Positions 7,281 to 15,532 of a stretch of 23,470 bases of DNA are shown here, piece by piece. The stretch is from an uncultured Eubacteriales bacterium. Lineage in GTDB: Bacteria; Bacillota; Clostridia; Lachnospirales; CAYPQA01. The DNA is taken from assembly GCA_964412725.1 (NCBI GenBank), contig CAYPQA010000024.1, positions 1-23,470 on the forward strand. The letters are read 5' to 3'. Both the position numbers and the translations under genes were made by a program. Position 1 is the stretch's first letter; every line of letters begins with the position of its first letter. Below the pieces are notes generated by a model. It saw only the letters and a list, made by a program, of their open reading frames with translations. It made no database searches and was not told where the DNA came from.

Positions 7281-7969
7281 TGGGCGCGAACATTTTAAGA
7301 ATTGACTTAGGTGGCGTAAATTGCTACCTTGTAAAAGGTGAGCAAGGCTTTATACTTTTTGATACGGGCGGTCATATTGTCACAGATAAGCAGTTCTCTG
7401 ATAGGCGTGAGCTTTTAGAAAAAGAACTCAATGCAGCCGGCTGTACTACGAACGATCTTAAGTTAATCGTTTTAACACACGGCGATAACGACCATGCACA
7501 TAATGCCAGTTACCTAAGAAAGATGTACAACGCGAAAATTGCTATGCATGAAGGCGACAGAGAATTAGTCGAAAGTCCAACTATTCAAAAATGGTTAAAA
7601 AGCTTCAATTACCGTTCTCTAATCTACAAATTGGTTTTCATTATACTTCGCAAAACTATTACAACGGTAACGCAAAAAACACTGGATGATTTTGAGCCTT
7701 TTACACCTGATATATTCTTAAAAGACGGCGACAGTCTTTCGCCTTACGGTTTGGACGCTAACGTGTTTCATGTCCCAGGTCACACGGATGGTTCTATTGC
7801 GATTTTCACTTCAAGTGGCGAATTAATTGTCGGAGATACGCTTACAAATACCGATAAGCCCGGAAAAGCTCCAAATGCCTTTAATTTTAAGCAGTTGAAC
7901 GATAGTCTGCTTAAATTAAAGAATCTTCCGATTAAGGCGGTTTATCCAGGACACGGAGCGTCATTTTAG
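7277..7969 (+). CDS. MBL-fold metallo-hydrolase
   Basis: Motifs THGDNDHAHNASYL (HxHxDH) and HVPGHTDGS, later GHG. The ATG at 7277 overlaps the padR stop, with RBS AAGGGGG upstream. The tool start at 7154 lies inside padR. Confidence 0.85.
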   Translation: MMGANILRIDLGGVNCYLVKGEQGFILFDTGGHIVTDKQFSDRRELLEKELNAAGCTTNDLKLIVLTHGDNDHAHNASYLRKMYNAKIAMHEGDRELVESPTIQKWLKSFNYRSLIYKLVFIILRKTITTVTQKTLDDFEPFTPDIFLKDGDSLSPYGLDANVFHVPGHTDGSIAIFTSSGELIVGDTLTNTDKPGKAPNAFNFKQLNDSLLKLKNLPIKAVYPGHGASF

Positions 7970-7992
7970 ATTTAGAGCTATGAATTTTATAA

Positions 7993-8054
7993 TTGACAAA
8001 GCAAAAAATGTGCAGTATCATGAATCAAGTATACATTTTTAAAATATACTATAA
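7993..8054 (+). promoter_or_regulatory. promoter region for the repeat RNA (toxI-like)
   Basis: TTGACA (7993-7998), 17 nt, TATCAT (8016-8021), and/or TATAAT (8049-8054) with a weak -35. Hairpin GGTGAA-ATAG-TTCACC (8056-8071) lies just before the first repeat. Confidence 0.35.
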
Positions 8055-8073
8055 TTGGTGAAATAGTTCACCA

Positions 8074-8178
8074 CGAGTGCTTCGCCACTTTAAGTGCGAC
8101 TTATTGAATTGAGTGCTTCGCCACTTTAAGCGCGACTTATTGAATTAAGTGCTTCGCCACTTTAAGCGCGACTTATGA
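8074..8178 (+). ncRNA. toxI: type III toxin-antitoxin RNA antitoxin (ToxI/AntiQ-like): 2.9 tandem 36-nt direct repeats
   Basis: R1 8074-8109 gagtgcttcgccactttaagtgcgacttattgaatt; R2 8110-8145 is identical except for t>c; R3 8146-8178 is partial. It is immediately followed by an intrinsic terminator and then a ToxN-family gene, the canonical ToxIN layout. The repeat contains CTTTAAGTGC, and GAATT where ToxI has GAAATTC, which resembles Pectobacterium ToxI as I recall it. Confidence 0.7.
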
Positions 8179-8180
8179 TA

Positions 8181-8208
8181 GAGGTGGACTGGTTCCACCT
8201 CTTTTTTT
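8181..8208 (+). terminator. intrinsic terminator between the repeat RNA and the toxin gene
   Basis: GAGGTGGA (8181-8188), loop CTGGT, TCCACCTC (8194-8201), TTTTTTT (8202-8208). This matches the attenuating terminator that sets the toxI:toxN ratio in ToxIN loci. Confidence 0.7.
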
Positions 8209-8222
8209 GGGAGAAAAATATT

Positions 8223-8735
8223 ATGATTGATTTTTACGACGTAGATAAGAAATACATAGAGTTTCTGCAGAATTCAGAAACTGAAGTTAGAGGATTTACT
8301 CGCGTGCCAAATATGGAATACGGAGTTAGAATGCAAAAATTTCTGTGCGGTATTGTACTTAAGATTAATGAAATAAACTACTATGTTCCTGTGACTTCAA
8401 AAAAAGAAAGATTGCCGGATTCAGTACTTGTTTTAATACCCACAGATAAAATCGACCAAATAAAGGGGTCTTTAAAATTCAACTATATGATACCTGTGCC
8501 TGATTTTGCAATAACTGTTCGTAAAATAAACTCAGAACCTGATTTGTCAAGAAGGCGATTTTTAAACGGTCAATTGCTATACTGTCAGAGCATAGAAACG
8601 ATTATTTTGAACCAAGCAAGGCGTACATATAATAAATGGTTTGAAGGCAAAGGCAGTGAACGTTTTTACTATAATTGTTGTGACTTCAAGCTTTTAGAGG
8701 AGAAATACAAAGAGTTTATCGAGACTAACAAATAA
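8223..8735 (+). CDS. toxN: ToxN/AbiQ-family type III TA endoribonuclease toxin
   Basis: 170 aa. N-terminal IDFYDVDKKYIEFLQ matches ToxN KFYTISSKYIEYLK. GIVLKINEINYYVPVTS matches GIVLEIQGHKYLAPLTS. LKFNYMIPV and C-terminal CDFKLLEEKYKEF match CDFAVLEEKYRDF. The ATG at 8223 has GGGAG 9 nt upstream. The tool start 8175 runs through the terminator hairpin and is rejected. Confidence 0.85.
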   Translation: MIDFYDVDKKYIEFLQNSETEVRGFTRVPNMEYGVRMQKFLCGIVLKINEINYYVPVTSKKERLPDSVLVLIPTDKIDQIKGSLKFNYMIPVPDFAITVRKINSEPDLSRRRFLNGQLLYCQSIETIILNQARRTYNKWFEGKGSERFYYNCCDFKLLEEKYKEFIETNK

Positions 8736-8786
8736 AAACCCCCAACAAGGTTTCGCCATGTGGCGCAAACTTGTTGGGGGTTTTTT
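8736..8786 (+). terminator. strong intrinsic terminator after toxN
   Basis: CCCCCAACAAG (8739-8749) pairs with CTTGTTGGGGG (8770-8780), with an inner sub-hairpin CGCCA-T-GTGGCG and a T-run at 8781-8786. Confidence 0.75.
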
Positions 8787-8863
8787 ATTATGCATTGCCT
8801 TAATCTCATCATCCCGATTTTTTTGTAATTTGTAACATTTTTTGTTTTTGTCCCTCCTTGTTT

Positions 8864-8894
8864 AGACAAATTATTTTTAGGGCATTTATTATAA
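8864..8894 (+). promoter_or_regulatory. candidate spoIIG promoter with a possible Spo0A-box-like element
   Basis: TAGACA (8864-8869), 19 nt, TATAAT (8889-8894). TTAGACA resembles a 0A box (TTCGACA) with one mismatch. Weak, by eye only. Confidence 0.25.
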
Positions 8895-8930
8895 TGATGC
8901 ATAAGGGACACCTCTTAATATGGAAAGGCT

Positions 8931-9704
8931 GTGGTAAATGTAGTTATATATGCGGATGTAATCTTTGCTATAAACTTTTTAATGGACTTGATTATTCTAT
9001 GGAGCGTTTCATATTTTGCGAAAAAACATCTAAGAGGCAAGCTTTACCTTGTGCTTGCCGCAGCACTTATGGCGTTGTCCTCTTGTTTCGGATTTTTCAC
9101 GGCCGGTATTTTGAAAATTCTTTTGTCGGTTGTAACGGTTTTTGCGGGTGTTTTTACAGCGTTCAAGATAAATAACATTTTCCGACTGCTTATTGTGTCC
9201 GCATTGATGTATATAGCCGCATTTTTCATAGGCGGTCTTACATTATTTCTTTTTCTGAATGTCAAGTCCTTTTCAATTTTACTATTGGTTTCATCTGCCT
9301 CCCTTTTCTACATAAGCTTTAGTGCCGTTAAATATATCTTTCGCCACTTACCCAAACAAAAGATTTTAAACGTCAGTATAAGCTTTCAGGAAAGGGAGGT
9401 TATTTTGCCTATGCTGGTTGACACAGGCAACTCACTCTCTGAGCCTGTCAGCGGCTTGCCTGTTTTCATTGCGGAGGCTTCAAGACTTGAGAGCATTTTG
9501 AGCGACGAAACTGTTTTGAGGCCTGTTGTGTTTAATACAATCTCGGGCGCGGATACGTGCATGTGTTTTAAGCCCGACCGCGTCTTGGTTGACGGTTTGC
9601 CCATTAATGAAATTTATATAGCTTTGCAAAATATAAAATTTTCAGAGAATAACGTCTATTGCGGCCTTATTAATCCAAAGGCTTTGCCCGACGGATTGTT
9701 TTAG
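8931..9704 (+). CDS. spoIIGA: sporulation sigma-E processing aspartic peptidase SpoIIGA
   Basis: Multi-TM N-terminal half (VIYADVIFAINFLMDLIILW...) and a C-terminal protease domain with LVDTGN (DTG aspartyl-protease motif). Lies immediately upstream of sigE as in Bacillus and Clostridium. GTG start, uncertain by a few codons. Confidence 0.85.
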   Translation: MVNVVIYADVIFAINFLMDLIILWSVSYFAKKHLRGKLYLVLAAALMALSSCFGFFTAGILKILLSVVTVFAGVFTAFKINNIFRLLIVSALMYIAAFFIGGLTLFLFLNVKSFSILLLVSSASLFYISFSAVKYIFRHLPKQKILNVSISFQEREVILPMLVDTGNSLSEPVSGLPVFIAEASRLESILSDETVLRPVVFNTISGADTCMCFKPDRVLVDGLPINEIYIALQNIKFSENNVYCGLINPKALPDGLF

Positions 9705-9724
9705 AGGCTTCTTAAGGAGGATGT

Positions 9725-10462
9725 ATGATAGAGCGATTGTTTAAACAGATTATAAATAAATTTATGACGGAAATTCATAATAAGTACTCTCATAAAGAAT
9801 CAGAGGACGAAGTTTTTTATATAAGCGGTAGTGAGGTGTTGCCATTGCCGCTTAACGCGGACGAGGAGGCTGAGCTTTTGGAACAGCTTGGCGGCGAAAA
9901 TGATGAGAATGTACGTGCAAAGCTTATCGAGCGAAACCTGCGTCTTGTTGTATACATCGCACGAAAATTTGAAAACACGGGCGTTAATATTGAAGATTTA
10001 ATTTCTATCGGAACAATAGGGCTGATAAAATCCATTAACACATTTAAAACGGATAAGAAAATTAAGCTTGCAACCTATGCGTCCAGATGTATTGAAAACG
10101 AGATTTTAATGTATTTGAGAAGGAATACAAAAACAAAAACGGAGGTTTCGATTGATGAGCCGTTGAATGTGGACTGGGAGGGCAACGAGCTTTTGCTTTC
10201 GGATATTCTTGGTACAGACGTGGATATTATATATAGAAATGTCGAGGACGAGGTTGACAGAAGTCTTTTAAATCAAGCCCTAAGCCGTCTTTCAAAACGC
10301 GAAAAACGCATTGTGGAGCTTCGGTTCGGTATAAACTGTGACGGCGAGGAAAAAACCCAAAAGGAGGTTGCCGACATCTTGGGCATTTCACAATCCTACA
10401 TATCAAGGCTCGAAAAAAAGATTATCGGCAGGCTTAAAAAAGAAATATCGGGTATGTTTTGA
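9725..10462 (+). CDS. sigE: RNA polymerase sporulation sigma factor SigE (pro-sigma-E)
   Basis: Pro-sequence with [14 protein letters not shown]. Regions 2-4 are near-identical to B. subtilis SigE: [92 protein letters not shown]. Confidence 0.95.
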   Translation: MIERLFKQIINKFMTEIHNKYSHKESEDEVFYISGSEVLPLPLNADEEAELLEQLGGENDENVRAKLIERNLRLVVYIARKFENTGVNIEDLISIGTIGLIKSINTFKTDKKIKLATYASRCIENEILMYLRRNTKTKTEVSIDEPLNVDWEGNELLLSDILGTDVDIIYRNVEDEVDRSLLNQALSRLSKREKRIVELRFGINCDGEEKTQKEVADILGISQSYISRLEKKIIGRLKKEISGMF

Positions 10463-10469
10463 AAAAATA

Positions 10470-10498
10470 TTGCGTTTTTTGGAAAAATACAGTAGAAT
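10470..10498 (+). promoter_or_regulatory. sigma-A-type promoter upstream of the esterase gene
   Basis: TTGCGT (10470-10475), a 17-nt spacer, then TAGAAT (10493-10498). Confidence 0.45.
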
Positions 10499-10525
10499 AT
10501 TTCAAAAAATTTAAGGACTGATTCT

Positions 10526-11488
10526 ATGCCTCTTATTGATAAGCCGCTTCACGAACTACGTACCTATATGGGTACAAACCCTATGCCGTCGGACTTTGAT
10601 GCATTCTGGGATAGCTCATTGGCTGAAATGCATGCGCTAAATCCTGATGTATATGTTGCGGAATCTTCTTTTAAAGCACCTGGAGCTGTTTGTTGTGATT
10701 TATATTTCACAGGGATGTATGGCTCAAGGATTTATGCAAAGTACCTGCGCCCAAAAAATTACAATGGTAAGCTACCCGCTATCATACAATTCCATGGTTA
10801 CAGAGGCAATTCAGGTGAATGGTGGGATAAGCTTGCTTGGGTGAATGCGGGATTTGCTGTCTTTTCCATGGATTGCCGCGGTCAAGGCGGTAAGTCACAG
10901 GATTTGACCCCCGTTCATGGCACAACCATGTATGGCCAGATTATAAAGGGGCTTTCAGATTCTCCTCAAAAACTGCTATTCAGACAAATCTTCCTTGATG
11001 CCGCACAACTTGCCCGCATTGCACGTTCTTTTGATGAAATTGACGAAAATAGGCTTGCCGCTGTCGGTATTTCACAAGGCGGAGGAATAACCGTTGCTTG
11101 TGCCGCATTGGAGCCTTCGATTAAGCTTGCCGTGCCTATGTATCCGTTTTTAAGTGATTATAAACGCGTTTGGGAAATGGACTTGTGCAAAGATGCTTAT
11201 GACGATTTGCGTATGTATTTCAGATACTTTGACCCATGCCACGAACGTGAAGATGACATATTCTACAGGCTCGGTTATATTGATATCCAAAATCTCGCAA
11301 AGCGCGTTAAAGCCAAGGTGCTCTGGGGAACAGGGCTTTCAGATCCCATATGCCCACCATCCACGCAGTTTGCAGCTTACAATAAGCTTAAATGCGAAAA
11401 AGAAATGAAGATATACCCCGATTTTGCACATGAGCTGCTGCCAGGTTTTTGGGACAACGCGCATACGTTCATATACAACAATTTATAG
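10526..11488 (+). CDS. axe: CE7-family acetyl xylan esterase / cephalosporin-C deacetylase
   Basis: GISQGGG nucleophile motif and a typical CE7 N-terminus (LRTYMGTNPMPSDFDAFW). Characteristic length. RBS AAGGA 9 nt upstream. Confidence 0.85.
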   Translation: MPLIDKPLHELRTYMGTNPMPSDFDAFWDSSLAEMHALNPDVYVAESSFKAPGAVCCDLYFTGMYGSRIYAKYLRPKNYNGKLPAIIQFHGYRGNSGEWWDKLAWVNAGFAVFSMDCRGQGGKSQDLTPVHGTTMYGQIIKGLSDSPQKLLFRQIFLDAAQLARIARSFDEIDENRLAAVGISQGGGITVACAALEPSIKLAVPMYPFLSDYKRVWEMDLCKDAYDDLRMYFRYFDPCHEREDDIFYRLGYIDIQNLAKRVKAKVLWGTGLSDPICPPSTQFAAYNKLKCEKEMKIYPDFAHELLPGFWDNAHTFIYNNL

Positions 11489-11499
11489 GAGGGATATAC

Positions 11500-13131
11500 T
11501 TGCAGTTAATCGACATCACATTGGGACGGTTGCTTGAAGACATTGCGCAGAAATTGCCTAATCAAGATGCCGTTATATACACAGACAGAGATTTCAGAAA
11601 AACTTATAAAGAGTTTAACGAACTTGTAGACACTTACGCAAAAGCTTTCATAAGTCTTGGCATAAAAAAAGATGATAAGGTATCCATTTGGGCAACAAAT
11701 ATCCCAGAATGGCTTATCACACTTTTTGCGTCCGCTAAAATCGGTGCAATTTTGGTAACTGTTAATACAAATTATAAGATTTTTGAGGTTGAATACCTTT
11801 TAAAGCAAAGTGACACACATACACTCATCTTTTGTGACGGTTTTAAGGATTGTAACTATGTAGAGATTATGTCCGAGCTTACAAAAGATAAAGACCGCCT
11901 ACCCTGCCTTCAAAATTGCATACATGTAGGTGAGAACACGCCTGAAGGCATGATGAACTGGAATGAGCTTATTGAACTTTCAAAAAATGTTACAGACGAG
12001 GAATTAAAAGCCATAGGCGACACATTATCGCCGCATGAGGTTGTTAATATGCAATACACCTCAGGTACAACAGGTTTCCCGAAGGGTGTTATGCTCACAC
12101 ATTACAATATTATCAACGATGGCTATGCAATAGGCGAATGTATGAAGTTCTCCGAAAAAGACAGGCTTTGCATTCCTGTACCTTTGTTCCATTGTTTCGG
12201 GCTTGTTTTGGGCGTTATGGCCTGCATAACACATTCTTCGTCGATGGTGCCGGTTAATTATTTCCGCCCCACAGCCGTTATGGACGCGATAACAAAGGAA
12301 AAATGCACAGCAGTTCATGGCGTTCCGACGATGTTCATTGCTATGCTTGAAAATCCGGATTTTGACAAATATGACTTCTCATCCTTAAGAACCGGCATTA
12401 TGGCGGGTTCGCCCTGCCCTGTAGCTGTTATGCAGTCTGTTGTTGATAAAATGAATATGACAGAGATTACAATAGCTTACGGACTTACCGAGGCTTCACC
12501 GGTTTGTACGCAAACGCGCACGGACGACCCGCTTGAACTGCGCGTTTCAACGGTTGGACGCACGTTGCCGTTTATGGAAACAAAGGTTGTAAATCCTGAA
12601 ACGGGTGAAGAATGTCCTCCTAATGTGCCTGGTGAATTTATTGTGCGTGGCTATAACGTTATGAAAGGCTACTATAAAATGCCTGAGGCTACAGCCGCCA
12701 TCATAGACAAAGATGGTTGGCTTCATTCAGGCGATTTAGCAGCCGTTGACGAAAACGGATATTATAAGATTACGGGACGCATAAAGGACATGATAATTCG
12801 CGGCGGTGAGAATATTTACCCCAAAGAGATTGAGGAATTTATATACACGGTGGACGGCGTGCAAGACGTACAAGTTGTAGGCGTGCCCAGTATCGAATAC
12901 GGCGAAGAAATTATGGCCTATATAATTCCAAAAGAAGGCGTGACATTAACCGAGGACGGCATAAAAGAAACGGTTAGGTCAAATATGGCAAGGCACAAGG
13001 TACCAAAATACGTTAAATTTATAGACAGTTTCCCTATGACAGGAAGCGGTAAAATTCAAAAATACAAACTGCGCGAAATGGCTGTTGAAGAATTAAATCT
13101 ACACGATGCGAACAACGTCGTGACAGCTTAA
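11500..13131 (+). CDS. AMP-dependent synthetase/ligase (acyl-CoA ligase family)
   Basis: AMP-binding motif YTSGTTGFPKGVMLTH, followed by GYGLTE and a C-terminal KIQK lysine motif. The tool start 11449 overlaps the esterase gene. A TTG at 11500 has GGAGG 7 nt upstream and gives the typical N-terminus (MQLIDITLGRLLEDIAQKLP). Confidence 0.85.
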   Translation: MQLIDITLGRLLEDIAQKLPNQDAVIYTDRDFRKTYKEFNELVDTYAKAFISLGIKKDDKVSIWATNIPEWLITLFASAKIGAILVTVNTNYKIFEVEYLLKQSDTHTLIFCDGFKDCNYVEIMSELTKDKDRLPCLQNCIHVGENTPEGMMNWNELIELSKNVTDEELKAIGDTLSPHEVVNMQYTSGTTGFPKGVMLTHYNIINDGYAIGECMKFSEKDRLCIPVPLFHCFGLVLGVMACITHSSSMVPVNYFRPTAVMDAITKEKCTAVHGVPTMFIAMLENPDFDKYDFSSLRTGIMAGSPCPVAVMQSVVDKMNMTEITIAYGLTEASPVCTQTRTDDPLELRVSTVGRTLPFMETKVVNPETGEECPPNVPGEFIVRGYNVMKGYYKMPEATAAIIDKDGWLHSGDLAAVDENGYYKITGRIKDMIIRGGENIYPKEIEEFIYTVDGVQDVQVVGVPSIEYGEEIMAYIIPKEGVTLTEDGIKETVRSNMARHKVPKYVKFIDSFPMTGSGKIQKYKLREMAVEELNLHDANNVVTA

Positions 13132-13145
13132 AAGGAGGGTTTTTT

Positions 13146-13955
13146 ATGAAATTAGCGTTTTCCACACTAGCCTGTCCGGACTGGAGCTTTAGCGAAGTGC
13201 TTTCGACCGCAAAGGATTTTGGATTTGATGGTATTGAAGTCAGAGGTATAAAAAACGAAATTTTTGCACCGCGCATAAAAGCCTTTCTTAAGGAAAATAT
13301 AAATGAAACCATCCAAAGGCTTAGTGATTTAAAGCTTGAAATCCCAATGCTCACCTCCGAATGCGTTCTCGGTAACTGCAACGACAAAGTCCTTGAGAAT
13401 GCAAAAGCGTATATTTCTCTTGCGGGCATGCTCAAAGTGCCGTTTGTAAGAATGTTGGTCGAGCCTGGTGCAAGCCCGGACAGCTCACTTAACATCAACC
13501 TTTCACAAGTTGCAGATACTATTCATAGTCTGTTACCAGACGCAAAGTCCAACAACGTTAAAATTCTTATAGAAACAAACGGTATTTTAGCAGATTCAAA
13601 GACCTGCCTGTCATTTATAGAGCCTTTGGCGTCTGACAATCTCGGCATCCTTTGGGATATTCACCACCCATACCGTTATTTTAACGAGGATGTTTCTGGG
13701 ACTTACGAGCGTCTTAAGCCATATATTAACTATATCCATATAAAGGATTCAGAGCTTGTTAACGGCACTATTTCATACAAGCTTATGGGCTATGGTGACA
13801 TGCCAAACGAAAAAGCTATAAATCTTTTGGCCGAAGATAATTACAACGGATACGTTTCGCTTGAATGGGTAAGGCGTTGGAACCGCCAAATGGAAGAACC
13901 GGGCTTAGTCTTACCGCACTATCTCTCATATATGCGGAAGGTTTTAAAAAAATAA
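13146..13955 (+). CDS. sugar phosphate isomerase/epimerase (xylose-isomerase-like TIM barrel)
   Basis: N-terminus MKLAFSTLACPDWSFSEVLSTAKDFGFDGIEVRG is typical of AP-endonuclease-2 / xylose-isomerase-like TIM-barrel proteins. RBS AAGGAGGG. Confidence 0.8.
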   Translation: MKLAFSTLACPDWSFSEVLSTAKDFGFDGIEVRGIKNEIFAPRIKAFLKENINETIQRLSDLKLEIPMLTSECVLGNCNDKVLENAKAYISLAGMLKVPFVRMLVEPGASPDSSLNINLSQVADTIHSLLPDAKSNNVKILIETNGILADSKTCLSFIEPLASDNLGILWDIHHPYRYFNEDVSGTYERLKPYINYIHIKDSELVNGTISYKLMGYGDMPNEKAINLLAEDNYNGYVSLEWVRRWNRQMEEPGLVLPHYLSYMRKVLKK

Positions 13956-13971
13956 AAGGAGTGACTTAATT

Positions 13972-14289
13972 ATGGCAATGGAATTAACAATGGAAAATTT
14001 TGACTCTGAGGTAATGAATTCCGATTTACCTGTTCTTATAGATTTTTGGGCACCATGGTGTGGCCCTTGCAAAATGATTGCACCTATAATCGAAGAACTT
14101 TCAAAAGAGCTTGATGGCACCGTTAAGGTGTGCAAGGTTAATATAGACGACAACCAACAGCTTGCTGTTAAATATAACGTTGCGAGCATACCAACCTTGC
14201 TTGTTTTCAACAAAGGTGAACTTGTGAACACTGCGGTTGGCGCAAGAGGAAAAGACGCTATATTGGATATGGTTAAAAATATCCAATAA
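13972..14289 (+). CDS. trxA: thioredoxin
   Basis: WCGPC active site, 105 aa, thioredoxin fold consensus (LIDFWAPWCGPCKMIAPI...PTLLVFNKGE). Confidence 0.9.
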   Translation: MAMELTMENFDSEVMNSDLPVLIDFWAPWCGPCKMIAPIIEELSKELDGTVKVCKVNIDDNQQLAVKYNVASIPTLLVFNKGELVNTAVGARGKDAILDMVKNIQ

Positions 14290-14336
14290 AAACCCATAAG
14301 GGGATTTTCAGAGGTACAAAGGGGGAAATATCTTAT

Positions 14337-15530
14337 ATGCAAAGCCTTGCTTTAAACGGAGGAAACCCCGTCAGAGAAAGTAAAATTTCTTATGGGCGAC
14401 AATATATAGACGAAGATGATATAAAAGCTGTAAGTGATATTTTAAGACACGAGCCTTTGACCACAGGTCCCATGATTGGAAAATGTGAAGAAGAGCTTTG
14501 CCGTCTTACAGGTGCAAAATATGCCGTACTCATTTCAAATGGTACGGCTGCTTTGCATGCTGCGTGTTATGCAGCAGGGATTGGTTCGGGAGATGAGGTT
14601 ATTGTGTCTCCTTTGACCTTTGCGGCTAGTGCAAACTGTGTCTTATATTGCGGCGGTACGCCTGTATTCGCTGACATCAATGAAAAAACTTGGAACATTT
14701 CGCCCGAAAGTATAGAAAGTCTTGTAACCGAAAAAACAAAGGCTATAATAGCCGTCGATTTTACGGGACAAGCTGTGCAACTTAATGAAATTCAAGATAT
14801 TTGCAAGAGACACAATCTCATACTTATTGAGGACGCCGCTCACTCGATAGGAACTATGTATCATGATAAATATATAGGCAACATCGCCGATTTAACAACG
14901 TTCAGCTTTCATCCGGTTAAGACAATCACCTCGGGCGAAGGCGGCGCAATTTTAACCAATAATAAAGAATATTATGACAAGCTTATACGTTTCCGCTCTC
15001 ATGGAATAACACGTGAACCTGGATTATTCGTTAATGAATGGGATGGTATTCCCTATTACGAACAAATTGAACTCGGATATAATTACAGAATGACAGATAT
15101 ACAAGCAGCCTTATTGAAAAGCCAGTTTAATAAAATCAACATATTTGCAAAAAGACGTTTTGAGATAGTAGATATGTATAACAAGGCTTTCGCAGACCTT
15201 AAAGGCGTTGAAATACAGACTGAAATTCCCGAATCAAAATCCGTAAGGCATTTGTATATCTTGAGGTTTAAGCTTGACAAGTTAAATACAACACGAAAGC
15301 AGATTTATGACGCGCTTTATGCAGAAAATATTTGTTGCAATATCCACTATATCCCTGTTTATTACCACCCCTACTACACAGAATTAGGCTATAAAAAAGG
15401 CCTTTGTCCGATAGCCGAGCAAGTTTACGAGGAAATTCTAACGCTCCCGCTATATTATTCCATGACAGACCAAGATGTGCTTGATGTAATAAACGCTGTT
15501 AAAAAGGTTGTAAGCTATTATGGAGGATAA
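14337..15530 (+). CDS. pseC: DegT/DnrJ/EryC1-family PLP sugar aminotransferase, probably PseC (UDP-4-amino-4,6-dideoxy-N-acetyl-beta-L-altrosamine transaminase)
   Basis: N-terminal ISYGRQYIDEDDIKAVSDILRHEPLTTGP, typical of PseC/DegT. PLP-lysine region FSFHPVKTITSGEGG. Adjacent to pseI and pseG homologues. Confidence 0.75.
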   Translation: MQSLALNGGNPVRESKISYGRQYIDEDDIKAVSDILRHEPLTTGPMIGKCEEELCRLTGAKYAVLISNGTAALHAACYAAGIGSGDEVIVSPLTFAASANCVLYCGGTPVFADINEKTWNISPESIESLVTEKTKAIIAVDFTGQAVQLNEIQDICKRHNLILIEDAAHSIGTMYHDKYIGNIADLTTFSFHPVKTITSGEGGAILTNNKEYYDKLIRFRSHGITREPGLFVNEWDGIPYYEQIELGYNYRMTDIQAALLKSQFNKINIFAKRRFEIVDMYNKAFADLKGVEIQTEIPESKSVRHLYILRFKLDKLNTTRKQIYDALYAENICCNIHYIPVYYHPYYTELGYKKGLCPIAEQVYEEILTLPLYYSMTDQDVLDVINAVKKVVSYYGG

Positions 15531-15532
15531 AA

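Noticed and set aside
8074-8178. Tandem 36-nt repeats considered as a CRISPR array
   Set aside because: The repeats are directly adjacent with no spacers. They are followed by a terminator and a ToxN-family gene, so they fit a type III TA RNA antitoxin, not CRISPR.
8175-8735. Tool-proposed start of the toxN ORF at 8175
   Set aside because: That start runs through the terminator hairpin and T-run. The ATG at 8223 has a proper RBS and yields the canonical ToxN N-terminus.
8669-9175. ORFs 8669..8911(-) and 8858..9175(+)
   Set aside because: They overlap the toxN terminator, the spoIIGA promoter and the SpoIIGA N-terminus in other frames. They are Cys- and Phe-rich translations of AT-rich DNA; spurious.
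11449-11499. Tool start of the acyl-CoA ligase at 11449
   Set aside because: It overlaps the last 40 nt of the esterase gene and lacks an RBS. The TTG at 11500 with GGAGG upstream is the better start.
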